This document shows, piece by piece, positions 45,191 to 54,631 of a stretch of 64,000 nt of DNA. How positions within the stretch are numbered: the first letter of the stretch is position 1; every line of letters starts with the position of its first letter. The notes beneath the pieces are model-generated. The model was not told the DNA's origin. It saw nothing but the letters and a program-made list of their open reading frames with translations, and did no database searches. Source of the stretch: a virus. The position numbers and the translations under genes are program-made. The stretch lies in the IMG/VR virus record IMGVR_UViG_3300044529_000082, positions 8,299-72,298 of that record, one strand, 5' to 3'.

Positions 45191-46402
45191 TCACGGAGTT
45201 TCGTTAATCAAAGCTTGCTGCTTAGCCGCTTTCTTTTTCTCTTTATCGTTCGAAGCTTTCAAAAAGCTGTAAGGCTCACCGTGAGCTACCGCTCCGGCAG
45301 CTTCGAGGTCTGCGGCATACTGCCGAACTGTCGATTCTTTACTGCCCCGCGGGGCCGCTTCCGATATAACCTCTTCAATCGCTCCTATCGGCGGCGGCTC
45401 AACCAGTTTGTCGTAAACCTCTTTCTTGATATAGTTCAAAGTGATTTGTGCGAACTTCACTACGTCTGCAACCTTTCGGTTGCCTCGGCGGGACTCGATA
45501 TGAAAACCTTCCGGCAAGTCCGAGTCGCCGCGCAGCACGCGGTCGGTTTGTCGAGCCCGAAAAGCCTCGGCCCAGGTCTTGGCAATCTGGGCGATTTTCA
45601 TGCACATTCCGGTGTCTTTCGAGCTCAGCAACGCGGTCGGCGTGATATCCGGCGGCACCGCTACGGAGTGGAACTTTCGGCCAACATTCAGCATCAAGGC
45701 CGCAACCTTTGGGCACTCGCCGAGATTTGCACAAAAACAGCACAGCGGGCAACCCGGAGTCGCCGAATCGTAATTCCCAGACTTTCGCGCAGTCCGAGCG
45801 CGCGCCACTACGGTTTGAATTCGAAGATACATTTCGGGAATTCGGTCCCGCGTCATTTCCGTTTCGCTAAAACCATCGATATGCGGCTGCCTAAAGAAAA
45901 AACGGATGCGCTGGAGCTTCGGGTATCTCTTGAAAAGGCCTAGCATATAGGAACCTGCTTGCAGATTGTTGGACGCGTCTTCGACCGCCCACATTCCAAA
46001 TTTCCAATCCGCCATTTCGGCGTAGGTTTTATCCCAGCTCAGCAGCACCGTATCCACATACCCGGCCGTCGTGCTTTTCGCGTCATCGAAAACGAGGTCG
46101 TCAATCGACAGATAGGATTCTTGCAGCTCGATAACCGGGCCGCCAGGAAAGCGGGTCTGAATATCCAGCTTGCGCGTTTCGACAAAGTCAATGCACGCCG
46201 CGGCTGCTACAGCGTCAGCGTCCGAGAGCCGGTCATCGTCCATTTTTGTCTCGACAACCTTATGGCCGAGGGTCCCCGCAATGGTGCGTTCGTGCTTGCT
46301 GTCCTTGCCCTTGTAGCAGGGGCACGCTTCGAGGGATTGAAGCTGCGACGGGCTGTAGGGGTGGTGGACCCTCTCTTCAGAATTATCGGCGTTCGTTGAC
46401 AT
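45191..46402 (-). CDS. Cas4-like PD-(D/E)xK exonuclease (DUF2800-like)
   Basis: HHPYSPS..CP, GTLGH, GYVD, DWKFG, NLQ..Y, CCFC..CP. Confidence 0.8.
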   Translation of the reverse strand: MSTNADNSEERVHHPYSPSQLQSLEACPCYKGKDSKHERTIAGTLGHKVVETKMDDDRLSDADAVAAAACIDFVETRKLDIQTRFPGGPVIELQESYLSIDDLVFDDAKSTTAGYVDTVLLSWDKTYAEMADWKFGMWAVEDASNNLQAGSYMLGLFKRYPKLQRIRFFFRQPHIDGFSETEMTRDRIPEMYLRIQTVVARARTARKSGNYDSATPGCPLCCFCANLGECPKVAALMLNVGRKFHSVAVPPDITPTALLSSKDTGMCMKIAQIAKTWAEAFRARQTDRVLRGDSDLPEGFHIESRRGNRKVADVVKFAQITLNYIKKEVYDKLVEPPPIGAIEEVISEAAPRGSKESTVRQYAADLEAAGAVAHGEPYSFLKASNDKEKKKAAKQQALINETP

Positions 46403-47069
46403 CGGGGTCTATTTCTCGAAGGTTTTCGATTATGTCCTGTTCCAAAGCGCGAGCCTTTGTATCACACAAATACTGGGCCTGGGCGGCGCAGCGTGCGGTA
46501 ACGGCAGCTATCGTATCCAGCGGTGGATGATATCCGCGGCGAAGATATTTCATCAAGCGAAGCATCGAACCGCCGGGCTCTGCCTCCGCAATGGACGGCC
46601 ACGTATAGACTAGCCGCTTCGCGGCAAGGTCCGCGTAGAACGAATCGCCGATTTGCGACGTCCAGCGGTCGCCCTCCCGGCTGATACCGAACCACATAGC
46701 GGCCCGGCATACAGTGAAGTCAAAAAGGTTCAGCACTCCGGCCGGGCCGGAGAAGGGCCAGCGATGCACAATCTGAATAACGGGCGCGAAACAAGTCAGG
46801 GTCAGAGCGTTTTTGGTCTCGAAAACGTGACCGGCCGTGCCGCTGCCCAGTTTGCGCTTTACGAGGTCTGCGGCCAGCGATTGCGCCACCGCTTCGCTCG
46901 GGACAAAAACGTCAACGTCGTTTACATCCTCGCGCGCAATCGTGGCTCGGATGAATCCGCCCGCGATTATGGCATCAGAGATTTCACGTTCCTCGACGGC
47001 TTCGCGGAGCTGCCACGGCAGCCGCGCGACACAATAATTTAAATCACAGTTTCTAAGCGCGTTCGACAT
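46383..47069 (-). CDS. Nucleotidyltransferase (CCA / poly(A) polymerase head-like)
   Basis: IAGGFIRA..DVNDVDVF, FDFTVC, SMLRLMKYLRRGY. Confidence 0.7.
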   Translation of the reverse strand: MSNALRNCDLNYCVARLPWQLREAVEEREISDAIIAGGFIRATIAREDVNDVDVFVPSEAVAQSLAADLVKRKLGSGTAGHVFETKNALTLTCFAPVIQIVHRWPFSGPAGVLNLFDFTVCRAAMWFGISREGDRWTSQIGDSFYADLAAKRLVYTWPSIAEAEPGGSMLRLMKYLRRGYHPPLDTIAAVTARCAAQAQYLCDTKARALEQDIIENLREIDPDVNERR

Positions 47070-47253
47070 TTGCAATTTCTTTCAGTTTGATTGCGATTTT
47101 TGCCAGTGCGCGCCGCTCAATCCGCCGGACCGCTTCGCGTGAGATGCCCAGTTCCCGGGCTACCGCGTGCTGCGATTTCAACGGAGTGAGGCATTCGGCG
47201 AGCCTCTTTCCCAGTTCCAGCTCCGCCGTCTCGGCGGCGTTTCTACCGAGCAT
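47053..47253 (-). CDS. HTH protein, sigma region 4-like
   Basis: SQHAVARELGISREAVRRIERRALAKI. Confidence 0.6.
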   Translation of the reverse strand: MLGRNAAETAELELGKRLAECLTPLKSQHAVARELGISREAVRRIERRALAKIAIKLKEIANVERA

Positions 47254-47659
47254 AAAAAGCCTCGTGAACGGTTGAAAAAGCATCCCGAACGGCAAAGAAC
47301 GAGCGGGCCGCACACCATTCGCGGCGGCTGATGCGGGTCCATTTTGCTGGCCCGGATTCCTGGATGACCGATGCGTGCGACGGGATGCAGATAGCGGCGC
47401 CGCGCGGCGCGGCCGAGACAGGACTGCGGTCTTCGTAGGCCAGCTCCCGCTTGCGCTTCTCCAGGCGATTGGCCGCGACGCGGTCGGCGCCAATTTGGTT
47501 GCGCATTTTGGCGACCAGGGTTTCCTTGTCAGGGGCACCCAGTTCCTCGTTGGCTTGAACGGCCTCGATTTGAGCCTCGCGATTTTTTATGCCGAGGAGG
47601 ATTTCCCTCAGCTTTGCGCTTAAACGACGACTGCGATTTCCGGATTTAATGTTTTGCAT
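47243..47659 (-). CDS. Hypothetical protein
   Basis: 138-aa ORF with an A-rich upstream region. Confidence 0.5.
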   Translation of the reverse strand: MQNIKSGNRSRRLSAKLREILLGIKNREAQIEAVQANEELGAPDKETLVAKMRNQIGADRVAANRLEKRKRELAYEDRSPVSAAPRGAAICIPSHASVIQESGPAKWTRISRREWCAARSFFAVRDAFSTVHEAFYAR

Positions 47660-47718
47660 TTTTTCTATTTTCGAGTTTTGAGTTTATCAGAATTTTCGGG
47701 GAAAGGGAACACAAACTT

Positions 47719-48006
47719 TCATGGCACGCAATCCGGGTGCGTCACTACCATAACCGGAGCGGTCTCGTAGCGCTTAATCATCAAGCGCTCCGTGGCGCCG
47801 GGCTTGCCGCAGAAATGACAGTGGAGAACTGTCAGGAACTTTGCATTACGCGCTTCCGAAAGTCCGGATTGTGTTCTATCCCCCGGAGAAGTCGCGCTTG
47901 TGCCTCGGCCTTCGTTTTGCTCGTCCCTTTCGCCTTGACTCCGCCGGGGGTTCGAACTTGGACTTTTCCGTGACCTACAGATTTGATTTTGACAGGCATA
48001 GCTCAT
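47719..48006 (-). CDS. Hypothetical protein, possible Zn finger
   Basis: CHFCGKP..HPDC. Confidence 0.35.
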   Translation of the reverse strand: MSYACQNQICRSRKSPSSNPRRSQGERDEQNEGRGTSATSPGDRTQSGLSEARNAKFLTVLHCHFCGKPGATERLMIKRYETAPVMVVTHPDCVP

Positions 48007-48078
48007 AAATAGTTACGCGATTACATTAGCAGCGCAATTAGAAAAGTAGCCCAGATAATGTCCCGCAGAATAAGGCGG

Positions 48079-48723
48079 TCAATGACTTGTTGGCACATAT
48101 TGAATCAGTTCCTTCGCGATTTCTTGCACGCCCGGGGTATTGGTCGGCCATACGCAGGGATTTATTCGCGCGTCTCGGGGTGTCCCGAGCGGGACCCAGG
48201 GAAAAGGTCCCCAGGTGTGTATCCCGGTATCCTGGCAGAATTTATCAATAGTGCTCAGCTTCAGCCCCGGCTTGTGGCAGAGCAGCGCGCATCCGAGCGG
48301 GCCTGTTTCAACGCGGATTTCGAAATCCCCATCCGGGGTCACGCGGCACTTGGCGGGCACTCCATTGTGTCGGCAGTGCATGAGAATGAGCCCGGACACC
48401 GCAAGGCGGTTTCGGTAATCAGGGAACTTGAACCGATTGACGGTCATAAAAGGGAATGGGGCGCCCGGAGTGGGAGTGATTGCCTGCGCCGCGGCGGCTT
48501 TTCGCAGAGCCGATTTCAGCTCGGGGCCGCGGAGGAAATCCAGCATCCGCTTCCACTTGTCGATAAAATACGGGCTCGCGTGCTCCTCGGCGGCTGCAAC
48601 AGAAAAGCCGTCATATTTCCATTGCCTGCGCAGCACGTTGTGATACGCGCGGGTCGCGCGCATTAAAGTTTCGGGGAGCGCCAGCTTGAAAAGCTGGCCA
48701 AATGTCAAGTGGTCAAGTTTCAT
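48079..48723 (-). CDS. Hypothetical protein
   Basis: Starts MKLDHLTF; overlaps the upstream stop. Confidence 0.5.
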   Translation of the reverse strand: MKLDHLTFGQLFKLALPETLMRATRAYHNVLRRQWKYDGFSVAAAEEHASPYFIDKWKRMLDFLRGPELKSALRKAAAAQAITPTPGAPFPFMTVNRFKFPDYRNRLAVSGLILMHCRHNGVPAKCRVTPDGDFEIRVETGPLGCALLCHKPGLKLSTIDKFCQDTGIHTWGPFPWVPLGTPRDARINPCVWPTNTPGVQEIAKELIQYVPTSH

Positions 48724-49097
48724 GGTCGTGAATACGGAGCTAAACGAAGAGTGCGGTGTTTGTCTGAGAGTTGATTGAACCAAACAGTCTTTACGAAATA
48801 TCTGGCCGCAGTCCGGGGCAGCAGAACCAAAACTAGGTCCAGCTTTTCGTCATACGGAAAGCGAACCACCGCTTTAACCGGACTGCCGCCCCGGACTTCT
48901 ACCTCGACCACGTCGCCCGATTGAATCTCAAGAGAGCCGGGCAGCTCGGCGATGCCGTAGCGGTCCGCTCGGGACTCTTCCAGGGCGTGATTCGCGTAGT
49001 CGAGGGTCGCAATCGTGGCGGCGAATACTTCAGCCGCCCCGGAAGGGAGCCCGTAGGCGCCGCGATTGTAAAGGCCGTCTTTCATTAGTCCAGCCAT
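48720..49097 (-). CDS. Hypothetical protein
   Basis: HA..RY..EVE..VKTVWFN..DKH motif seen in small phage proteins. Confidence 0.55.
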   Translation of the reverse strand: MAGLMKDGLYNRGAYGLPSGAAEVFAATIATLDYANHALEESRADRYGIAELPGSLEIQSGDVVEVEVRGGSPVKAVVRFPYDEKLDLVLVLLPRTAARYFVKTVWFNQLSDKHRTLRLAPYSRP

Positions 49098-49202
49098 CGG
49101 TCGATTGCCCAGTTGACTACCGCGATGCCCGCGAACACCGCAACGACAACCAGGGCGACCACGACCCAGAGATTACCCGAAAATTCGTAGGCACTCATGG
49201 GG

Positions 49203-49448
49203 TTAGAAGTAGGATTCAACCAGATGGTCGCGCTGCTCCTGGCTGTTCACGGACCACCAGGCCGCCAGAAATGCCGCCGCCTGCCGTCCGCCGCGCAGGA
49301 AAACCGTATTGCGGTGCTTGGCGGAGTGCAGGACCACGCCTTCCTGGGAGTTGCCCGCGAACGAGCAGTGCCGTGAAAAGTTGTCTTCGCGCATCGACTG
49401 CTCGACCGCTTCCCGGTTCATCCGAATAATTTGATTCAACGCATACAT
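49203..49448 (-). CDS. Hypothetical early protein
   Basis: 81 aa, preceded by a leaderless sigma70-like promoter. Confidence 0.6.
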   Translation of the reverse strand: MYALNQIIRMNREAVEQSMREDNFSRHCSFAGNSQEGVVLHSAKHRNTVFLRGGRQAAAFLAAWWSVNSQEQRDHLVESYF

Positions 49449-49454
49449 GAGACA

Positions 49455-49482
49455 AATATACTAAGTAGCCGCAACTCTGCAA
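49455..49482 (-). promoter_or_regulatory. Sigma70-like promoter TTGCAG-N16-TATATT-N6-ATG
   Basis: Read on the minus strand. Confidence 0.55.
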
Positions 49483-49485
49483 GCC

Positions 49486-50991
49486 TCAATGTAAAACTAA
49501 GTTATCGGGCATCAGGTCCCCGTCAACCAGGGCATCCAGGCAATCCAGCTTTCCGCGCAGGCTTTTCCAGACAGGCTCTTCCACCGTTCCCGCGGCGAAA
49601 ATCACGCGATAGTAGCAGGTGCTCTTTCCGCCGTCCCGATGGAACCGGCCCACGAGCTGACGAAACTCTTCGGCCGAAAAGCCCGGGAACACGATGCCGG
49701 ACCTAGGGAAGCATCCGACCAAATCTTGCAGGCTCAGCGAAACCCCTCCGGCGGCGCAGTTGACAATTAGCTCCCGCAGAACGTTGTCTTGATACTGGTC
49801 TATGTAGCGCTGCCGGTTGCGCAGCGACTCCGGAGAGCCGTCGATTATCCCGGCGCCCGGGAACCGCTTTTTCAGCTCCTCGATAGTTTGCCGAAAGTTC
49901 ACGAAGAACGCGACCGACATCCCCTTTTCCAAATCGTCCTGGGCCAGCTCAGTGGCGACGGGCACCTTGAGCAGCTCGACTTGCTGTCTCTCTCGGAGGA
50001 TGCAAGTCAGCGCACTGTCCGGATTTTTATCTCCCGCGGCTTTTAATTTCAACGCCTCAATTGCCCCGGCCATCGTTTTATAGCACGAGTTGACGGCTTC
50101 CGGGTCGTCCAGCGTGTATAGCTCGGGCAGGATTACGCGTTTCGGAAAACCGGGAATAGATTCTGTAGTGACTCGAACGCCGCGCGCGGGAATTATCGAG
50201 TTGCGGATTTCGAGCATTATTTTTTTCTGGTCCTCCCGCCCCGCAAACCATTTTAAGCCTTTGAAGCGCGCGTCGTTCCAGCACTGATACTGTCTCAACC
50301 ATTGGTAGAAACTGGGCTTGCCCCGGCGGGGAAGCATCTGGCCTGAAATCGTGATAGCTTCCTCGGTCTTATCGTTGTGAAGCCCCAAAGCAAATCCTAA
50401 AGCGCGCATATTGAGGGGAGAATGCGCGGGAGTGGCCGAAAGATATAGAGCTTTTATTTTCTGTCGAGTGGCTGCCAGCGACAGTTCGGAATTTAAAGAA
50501 TCCAAGCCATTAATTCGCTGGCTTTCATCATAAATGATTAGCTCGATAGCGGGATGAAATACAAAGCTACCGTAATTCGGCGGTCGCCGTTTCTTTTCTA
50601 CCGAATGGATGCCCCGTGGGTGGTGCGGGCACGGAAAAGGGTTTACCGGGTCCACAACACACTGACAAACTTCGCATTTAAGATAATCAACACCTGGCTT
50701 ATAACCATCCCACTTTCCAAAAGGAGTGTTGCCGCCGCGCAAAAGTTCATAGTTACAAAAAGAAAATTTATCTTCGAAGTTCGCCGCTCCTCGGTCCCAA
50801 GCCGAGCGGCTGATTTTCGGACCTATGACCAGAGTAGCCGCATGTAACTGATTAGCTATCCAAGAGGACACATAAGTTTTTCCCGTGCCTGTGTCAGAAG
50901 CATCTAGGGCAGCTCCGTATTGTGTAAGGCATTTCCGAAGCTCTTGCGCGGGTCTCTGTTGGTGCGGCCGTAATCGTTCTAGAAACAGCAT
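49486..50991 (-). CDS. Superfamily 2 helicase
   Basis: LRPHQ, DTGTGKT, YDESQR, LSATP, GGVSLSL, RQLVGRFHR. Confidence 0.85.
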   Translation of the reverse strand: MLFLERLRPHQQRPAQELRKCLTQYGAALDASDTGTGKTYVSSWIANQLHAATLVIGPKISRSAWDRGAANFEDKFSFCNYELLRGGNTPFGKWDGYKPGVDYLKCEVCQCVVDPVNPFPCPHHPRGIHSVEKKRRPPNYGSFVFHPAIELIIYDESQRINGLDSLNSELSLAATRQKIKALYLSATPAHSPLNMRALGFALGLHNDKTEEAITISGQMLPRRGKPSFYQWLRQYQCWNDARFKGLKWFAGREDQKKIMLEIRNSIIPARGVRVTTESIPGFPKRVILPELYTLDDPEAVNSCYKTMAGAIEALKLKAAGDKNPDSALTCILRERQQVELLKVPVATELAQDDLEKGMSVAFFVNFRQTIEELKKRFPGAGIIDGSPESLRNRQRYIDQYQDNVLRELIVNCAAGGVSLSLQDLVGCFPRSGIVFPGFSAEEFRQLVGRFHRDGGKSTCYYRVIFAAGTVEEPVWKSLRGKLDCLDALVDGDLMPDNLVLH

Positions 50992-51149
50992 GGAAAATTG
51001 AGAAAAGCAAACTCTCCAAAATATTTTCTCGCTGCGTCGTCCCTGGCCCGAGCCGCCAAAATAGCAGACTCGAAGCAGCCTAAAAAAATCTGTTTTCGAT
51101 TTACCCGTACCTTGGCTGCCTTTCCTTGAGTAAGCGGGATTAATTTCAT
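50979..51149 (-). pseudogene. Internally deleted HNH-AP2 endonuclease (AP2 tail only, 56 aa)
   Basis: MKLIPLTQGKAAKV joined to RVNRKQIFLGCFESAILAARARDDAARKYFGEFAFLNFP; HNH core missing. Confidence 0.65.
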
Positions 51150-51152
51150 TAG

Positions 51153-51437
51153 TCAGCCGGTGATATAGACAGAATTCTTGGTGCGAAAGCCGTTCGAGCT
51201 GACTTCAGTGACGGGGCTCGACACGAATGCTCCAGGGACCGTCTCGCCGTTTCGTTTGTCCCGGAGCACGAAGACCGATTCTCCCGGCCGGATAGGCCAG
51301 AGCAGCTCGCCTTCGATTTCGTATTCCACCGGGAGAGATTTCCCATCATCATTCGGGCCGCCGGGGACGTGGTCTTTCATGCTGCGCGCCTCGGCGCCGC
51401 CCGGGTTCTCGGCGATTTTCTTGATGCGGATTCTCAT
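51153..51437 (-). CDS. Hypothetical protein
   Basis: MRIRIKK..SLPVEYEIEG..FRTKNSVY. Confidence 0.55.
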   Translation of the reverse strand: MRIRIKKIAENPGGAEARSMKDHVPGGPNDDGKSLPVEYEIEGELLWPIRPGESVFVLRDKRNGETVPGAFVSSPVTEVSSNGFRTKNSVYITG

Positions 51438-51676
51438 ACGGGCGGCGCGCCGGGATTTTTGACCATGCGACAAGAAAGCGAGCCGTCCTCCTCGGCCCAT
51501 AGCTCTAGATGCCATCCCGCTTTTTGTGCTGTGATTGCTTGCTGTAGCGCGCCCTGCATATCATAAGCCGTATTAAAATTGTCGATATGCCACAGCGGCC
51601 GCGTTTCTGGATTTCGAACTTGATTGACCCAGGCCGCGGTCCGCTCGAACAGCCTTTTGTATCCACCCTCTTTCAT
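51434..51676 (-). CDS. Hypothetical protein
   Basis: 80 aa, ATGA-coupled. Confidence 0.5.
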   Translation of the reverse strand: MKEGGYKRLFERTAAWVNQVRNPETRPLWHIDNFNTAYDMQGALQQAITAQKAGWHLELWAEEDGSLSCRMVKNPGAPPV

Positions 51677-52227
51677 AGCTCCACGCTCGCTCCTAGGGCC
51701 GCGGCTTTTTCTTTAGAGATTTCCCGCGCAGTATGAAACTTTTCAATGGCGGGCAGCATCCCACTCACGTTCCAGACGCCATTAAACCAATACTCGCCTA
51801 AATCCTCAGAATGGCGCGCACGATAAATAACGGAACTGCTTGTAATAAAATACTTTGGATACTTGGAAGTAAATTGCGTCCCTTCCAGTTCTTTCTGCAA
51901 CAGCGCAAGCGCACGCCACGCCATCTTGACCGTATGCCGAACGCCGTCCGTGTCAACAGTGCCGCGCTGGAGAAAATGCCGCATCATCGTGTCCGCCTCG
52001 TCACCTGATTTTGAACGGTCCCAGTGCAACGGCTTGCCGGGATTGTGCTGGTCATTGCCTTTTTGTGACAGAGCCGAAATCGCGACCAGGGCGTCCGGAA
52101 AGTAATCCAAAACGCCAGAGGCGACGGGAAACTTTTTACGGTCTGCGGCGCCCTCGGGAAGTGTAGTTGCCCGGGTCGGCGCGCCGCCGGGGCCTTTCAA
52201 GCTAGGGTCTGAGTTTAAGGAATTCAT
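51673..52227 (-). CDS. dATP/dGTP diphosphohydrolase-like protein (DUF5664-like)
   Basis: RKKFPV.SGVLDYFPDAL..S..GN.QHNPG..LHWDRSKS.D..D..RH..AWRALA.LQ. Confidence 0.7.
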   Translation of the reverse strand: MNSLNSDPSLKGPGGAPTRATTLPEGAADRKKFPVASGVLDYFPDALVAISALSQKGNDQHNPGKPLHWDRSKSGDEADTMMRHFLQRGTVDTDGVRHTVKMAWRALALLQKELEGTQFTSKYPKYFITSSSVIYRARHSEDLGEYWFNGVWNVSGMLPAIEKFHTAREISKEKAAALGASVEL

Positions 52228-52750
52228 AAATAAAACGGTTGCTGATTTGTTCTTTAGACATTGTTTCCCACTCGGAAAAGTCCCACTGTTCCGGCAGGTG
52301 AATTCCTAGGGGTCGCTGAACTGCCAGAACGTCCTCCGCGTATTCGTGCGGAAAAAATGCTCGATGTTCTTCTTGCAGCGCGATTGAATCCGCGATTTTC
52401 ACGAGGTCCGGCTTGGGCCACTTGTAGCCGAAACGCTTAGAACCGGCGGTCATAATTGAGTGTTCGATTTCCTTGTATTCCGGCATGAGCGCTTTGAACG
52501 GGCTCGGTATATCGCAGAAATACGCTTCGCTCAGGTCGTGCATGAGCCCGTCAAACTTAAGTTCGCGTGGCAGCATCGCGGCGACGAAAAGGCAATGAGG
52601 AACCACCGGATACCACCAGCGGGTGTGGCCGCCCCAGCGAGAGGCGCATGCGAGTCCCCGGGCAATATCGCGAATGTCGAAGTCTTCCGGCCGAGGCGAC
52701 GTATGAAATTTATGTCCCGAATATGTCCGGATGTAATCGGGGACGCTCAT
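52202..52750 (-). CDS. HD-domain phosphohydrolase (YfbR-like 5'-deoxynucleotidase)
   Basis: DIARGL..RWGGH..H..LMHDLSEAY..DIPSPFK..VKIAD. Confidence 0.8.
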   Translation of the reverse strand: MSVPDYIRTYSGHKFHTSPRPEDFDIRDIARGLACASRWGGHTRWWYPVVPHCLFVAAMLPRELKFDGLMHDLSEAYFCDIPSPFKALMPEYKEIEHSIMTAGSKRFGYKWPKPDLVKIADSIALQEEHRAFFPHEYAEDVLAVQRPLGIHLPEQWDFSEWETMSKEQISNRFIYEFLKLRP

Positions 52751-52929
52751 TGGCCGTTAGCTGTCGGATGATTCGGCAGCTCAGGAAGGGTTGTGTCGTC
52801 TTTCTTACCCGGCGCGAGCAGACCGTCTCCCGGCCAGTGTGGATTTTGACCACAAGCCGATTCATCCACGCCTTCAATGCGGGGCGCTTCGGGCTTGCCC
52901 TGTTTCTTGTTGTCGATTTTCTTGTCCAT
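52747..52929 (-). CDS. Hypothetical protein
   Basis: 60 aa, coupled to the HD gene. Confidence 0.4.
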   Translation of the reverse strand: MDKKIDNKKQGKPEAPRIEGVDESACGQNPHWPGDGLLAPGKKDDTTLPELPNHPTANGQ

Positions 52930-52933
52930 AGAT

Positions 52934-53161
52934 TTACTTTCCGAAAAGCGTCCGGCCTAGGATGCTCAGCACCCAGAGTATGGCGAATGTCAGCCAGAAC
53001 CCTATATGATGAATCCCGAAGGCCGGTGCGATGGCGTGATTCCAGAGCAACCACACGATTAAGGTGGGCAGCATAACCGCGCACCCCACTACAACGAAAA
53101 CCGCGAGGATGCCAAGAATCGCGGCACCCAGGCCCAGACTAATTAGACTTTTTTCTCCCAT
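52934..53161 (-). CDS. Membrane protein
   Basis: 75 aa, almost entirely hydrophobic. Confidence 0.6.
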   Translation of the reverse strand: MGEKSLISLGLGAAILGILAVFVVVGCAVMLPTLIVWLLWNHAIAPAFGIHHIGFWLTFAILWVLSILGRTLFGK

Positions 53162-53163
53162 AT

Positions 53164-54069
53164 TTATTCTCCCGTTATGATTGAATTTTGCGATTGCTGA
53201 AGCATCTGTCGCGCGGTTTCCAGCGTAAGGAACCGGGGACTCGGCGCGGGGACCGTATCATTCCAGATGCACGGTAACTGGCCGCCCTGCGGGCGCATGC
53301 TGACCTCACGCACGAGCTGATTAGAAAGCGCGACGGCGAGCTGGTCATTGGCGCCGACGCGCCGCTTGCGGGTGCCCAAAGTCTGATTGCTGCACGCGAT
53401 ATGAAAATGCTGAAAGCCGTTCGACTTCAATTCGTCCAACAGGGCTTGGGTTGTGCATGTCGTCACAGCCACGGGCATCGATTCTCTATTCGCGCTGTTA
53501 ATCAGCATCTTCTGCCAAAAACCGCGCTCGCCAAACTCGAAATTCAACGACTGCGGCATCAGTAGCTTGCGGACAAAGTCAACGAAAAGCATGCGGGCCG
53601 GAGTCACCGGCGTTTTGGGGTCCACTACGCCCTCGCCCCAGACCAGGAGCGTGTTGACGAAGTCGGCCGGTGGTTCTTGACCGGGAAAGTAGCGATGATA
53701 CAGGTCCCGAATCGAGTCCTGGATTTGCAGCTCAATGAGGCCGAGCTGCTTCGCGACTGAAGACTTCCCGGAGCCGGTGACGCCGGTAAAGACCATACGC
53801 AAGCCCGCCGGAATGGGGACCGCCGCCTCTGGAATGAAAATCTCGGGGGCGGCAGGTTTAGTTCCGGACAACGTTTTACCACGCTGCGCGGCGGTCACGG
53901 GCGGCGCCGTGGGCGCGCCGGTGGTATCGAGAATCGGGTCCGCGGGGACCACCGTCATCCCGTCCGGACCGTCCGGACCGCTGTATTCGTCTTTACTTGG
54001 CACTGAAGGCACTGAAGGCACTGAATCGAGGTTGGACATCATTTGCTGCAATTTTTCCATTTCAGTCAT
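53164..54069 (-). CDS. P-loop kinase, dNMP kinase-like
   Basis: FTGVTGSGKSSVA Walker A after a low-complexity N-terminus. Confidence 0.55.
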   Translation of the reverse strand: MTEMEKLQQMMSNLDSVPSVPSVPSKDEYSGPDGPDGMTVVPADPILDTTGAPTAPPVTAAQRGKTLSGTKPAAPEIFIPEAAVPIPAGLRMVFTGVTGSGKSSVAKQLGLIELQIQDSIRDLYHRYFPGQEPPADFVNTLLVWGEGVVDPKTPVTPARMLFVDFVRKLLMPQSLNFEFGERGFWQKMLINSANRESMPVAVTTCTTQALLDELKSNGFQHFHIACSNQTLGTRKRRVGANDQLAVALSNQLVREVSMRPQGGQLPCIWNDTVPAPSPRFLTLETARQMLQQSQNSIITGE

Positions 54070-54094
54070 AATCGTTGCGGTAGTATGGCAGAAA

Positions 54095-54598
54095 TCACGC
54101 CGCCCGGGAACACAAAGCTTTCTTTAATGTTCGAGCGAACGCGGGGGCACCGGCAGTTTTAACGGACTCCCAGAGCTTCCTCCGCTTGCCAATTTCCGAC
54201 TCGACAGCGTCGATGAAAATATCCAGTATGCGCGCTTTGGCGTTCAGTGCGGCCGTCGCTTGCTGGAGCACAAGCAGCTCCTGAATGTCACTATCGCTGG
54301 GCTGCCCAGTTTTCTTGCCGAGCTTCTCCTGGCGCCGCTGAATGATTTGGAACTTGGCCTGCGCGTCCCGTCTGCGGGTGGTCGCGCGCTTCAGCCATTT
54401 ACAGAGCTGTTTCCAGTTGCGCTGACACAGCCGATAGTCCAGCCGGTGCTCGATGCCTAGCGGGTCAAACTTCTCGGGGTTAAGCAGGGTCCACCGCGCG
54501 CGGTGAAACTGTTTGCGTTCTTTATTGGTCATTCGCAGGCCCGGAGTGCAGAGCAATTCGGTTGCAACTTCTTTAGTAATTACGGTTTGTGTTTGCAT
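54095..54598 (-). CDS. Hypothetical basic coiled-coil protein
   Basis: 167-aa ORF in the operon. Confidence 0.55.
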   Translation of the reverse strand: MQTQTVITKEVATELLCTPGLRMTNKERKQFHRARWTLLNPEKFDPLGIEHRLDYRLCQRNWKQLCKWLKRATTRRRDAQAKFQIIQRRQEKLGKKTGQPSDSDIQELLVLQQATAALNAKARILDIFIDAVESEIGKRRKLWESVKTAGAPAFARTLKKALCSRAA

Positions 54599-54631
54599 AT
54601 TGACTGTGTTTTTCTGTTTTAGCTGACTGTG

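Noticed and set aside
51673-52750. 2-aminoadenine (Z-genome) pathway
   Set aside because: HD and diphosphohydrolase genes are present but no PurZ/adenylosuccinate synthetase homolog is seen
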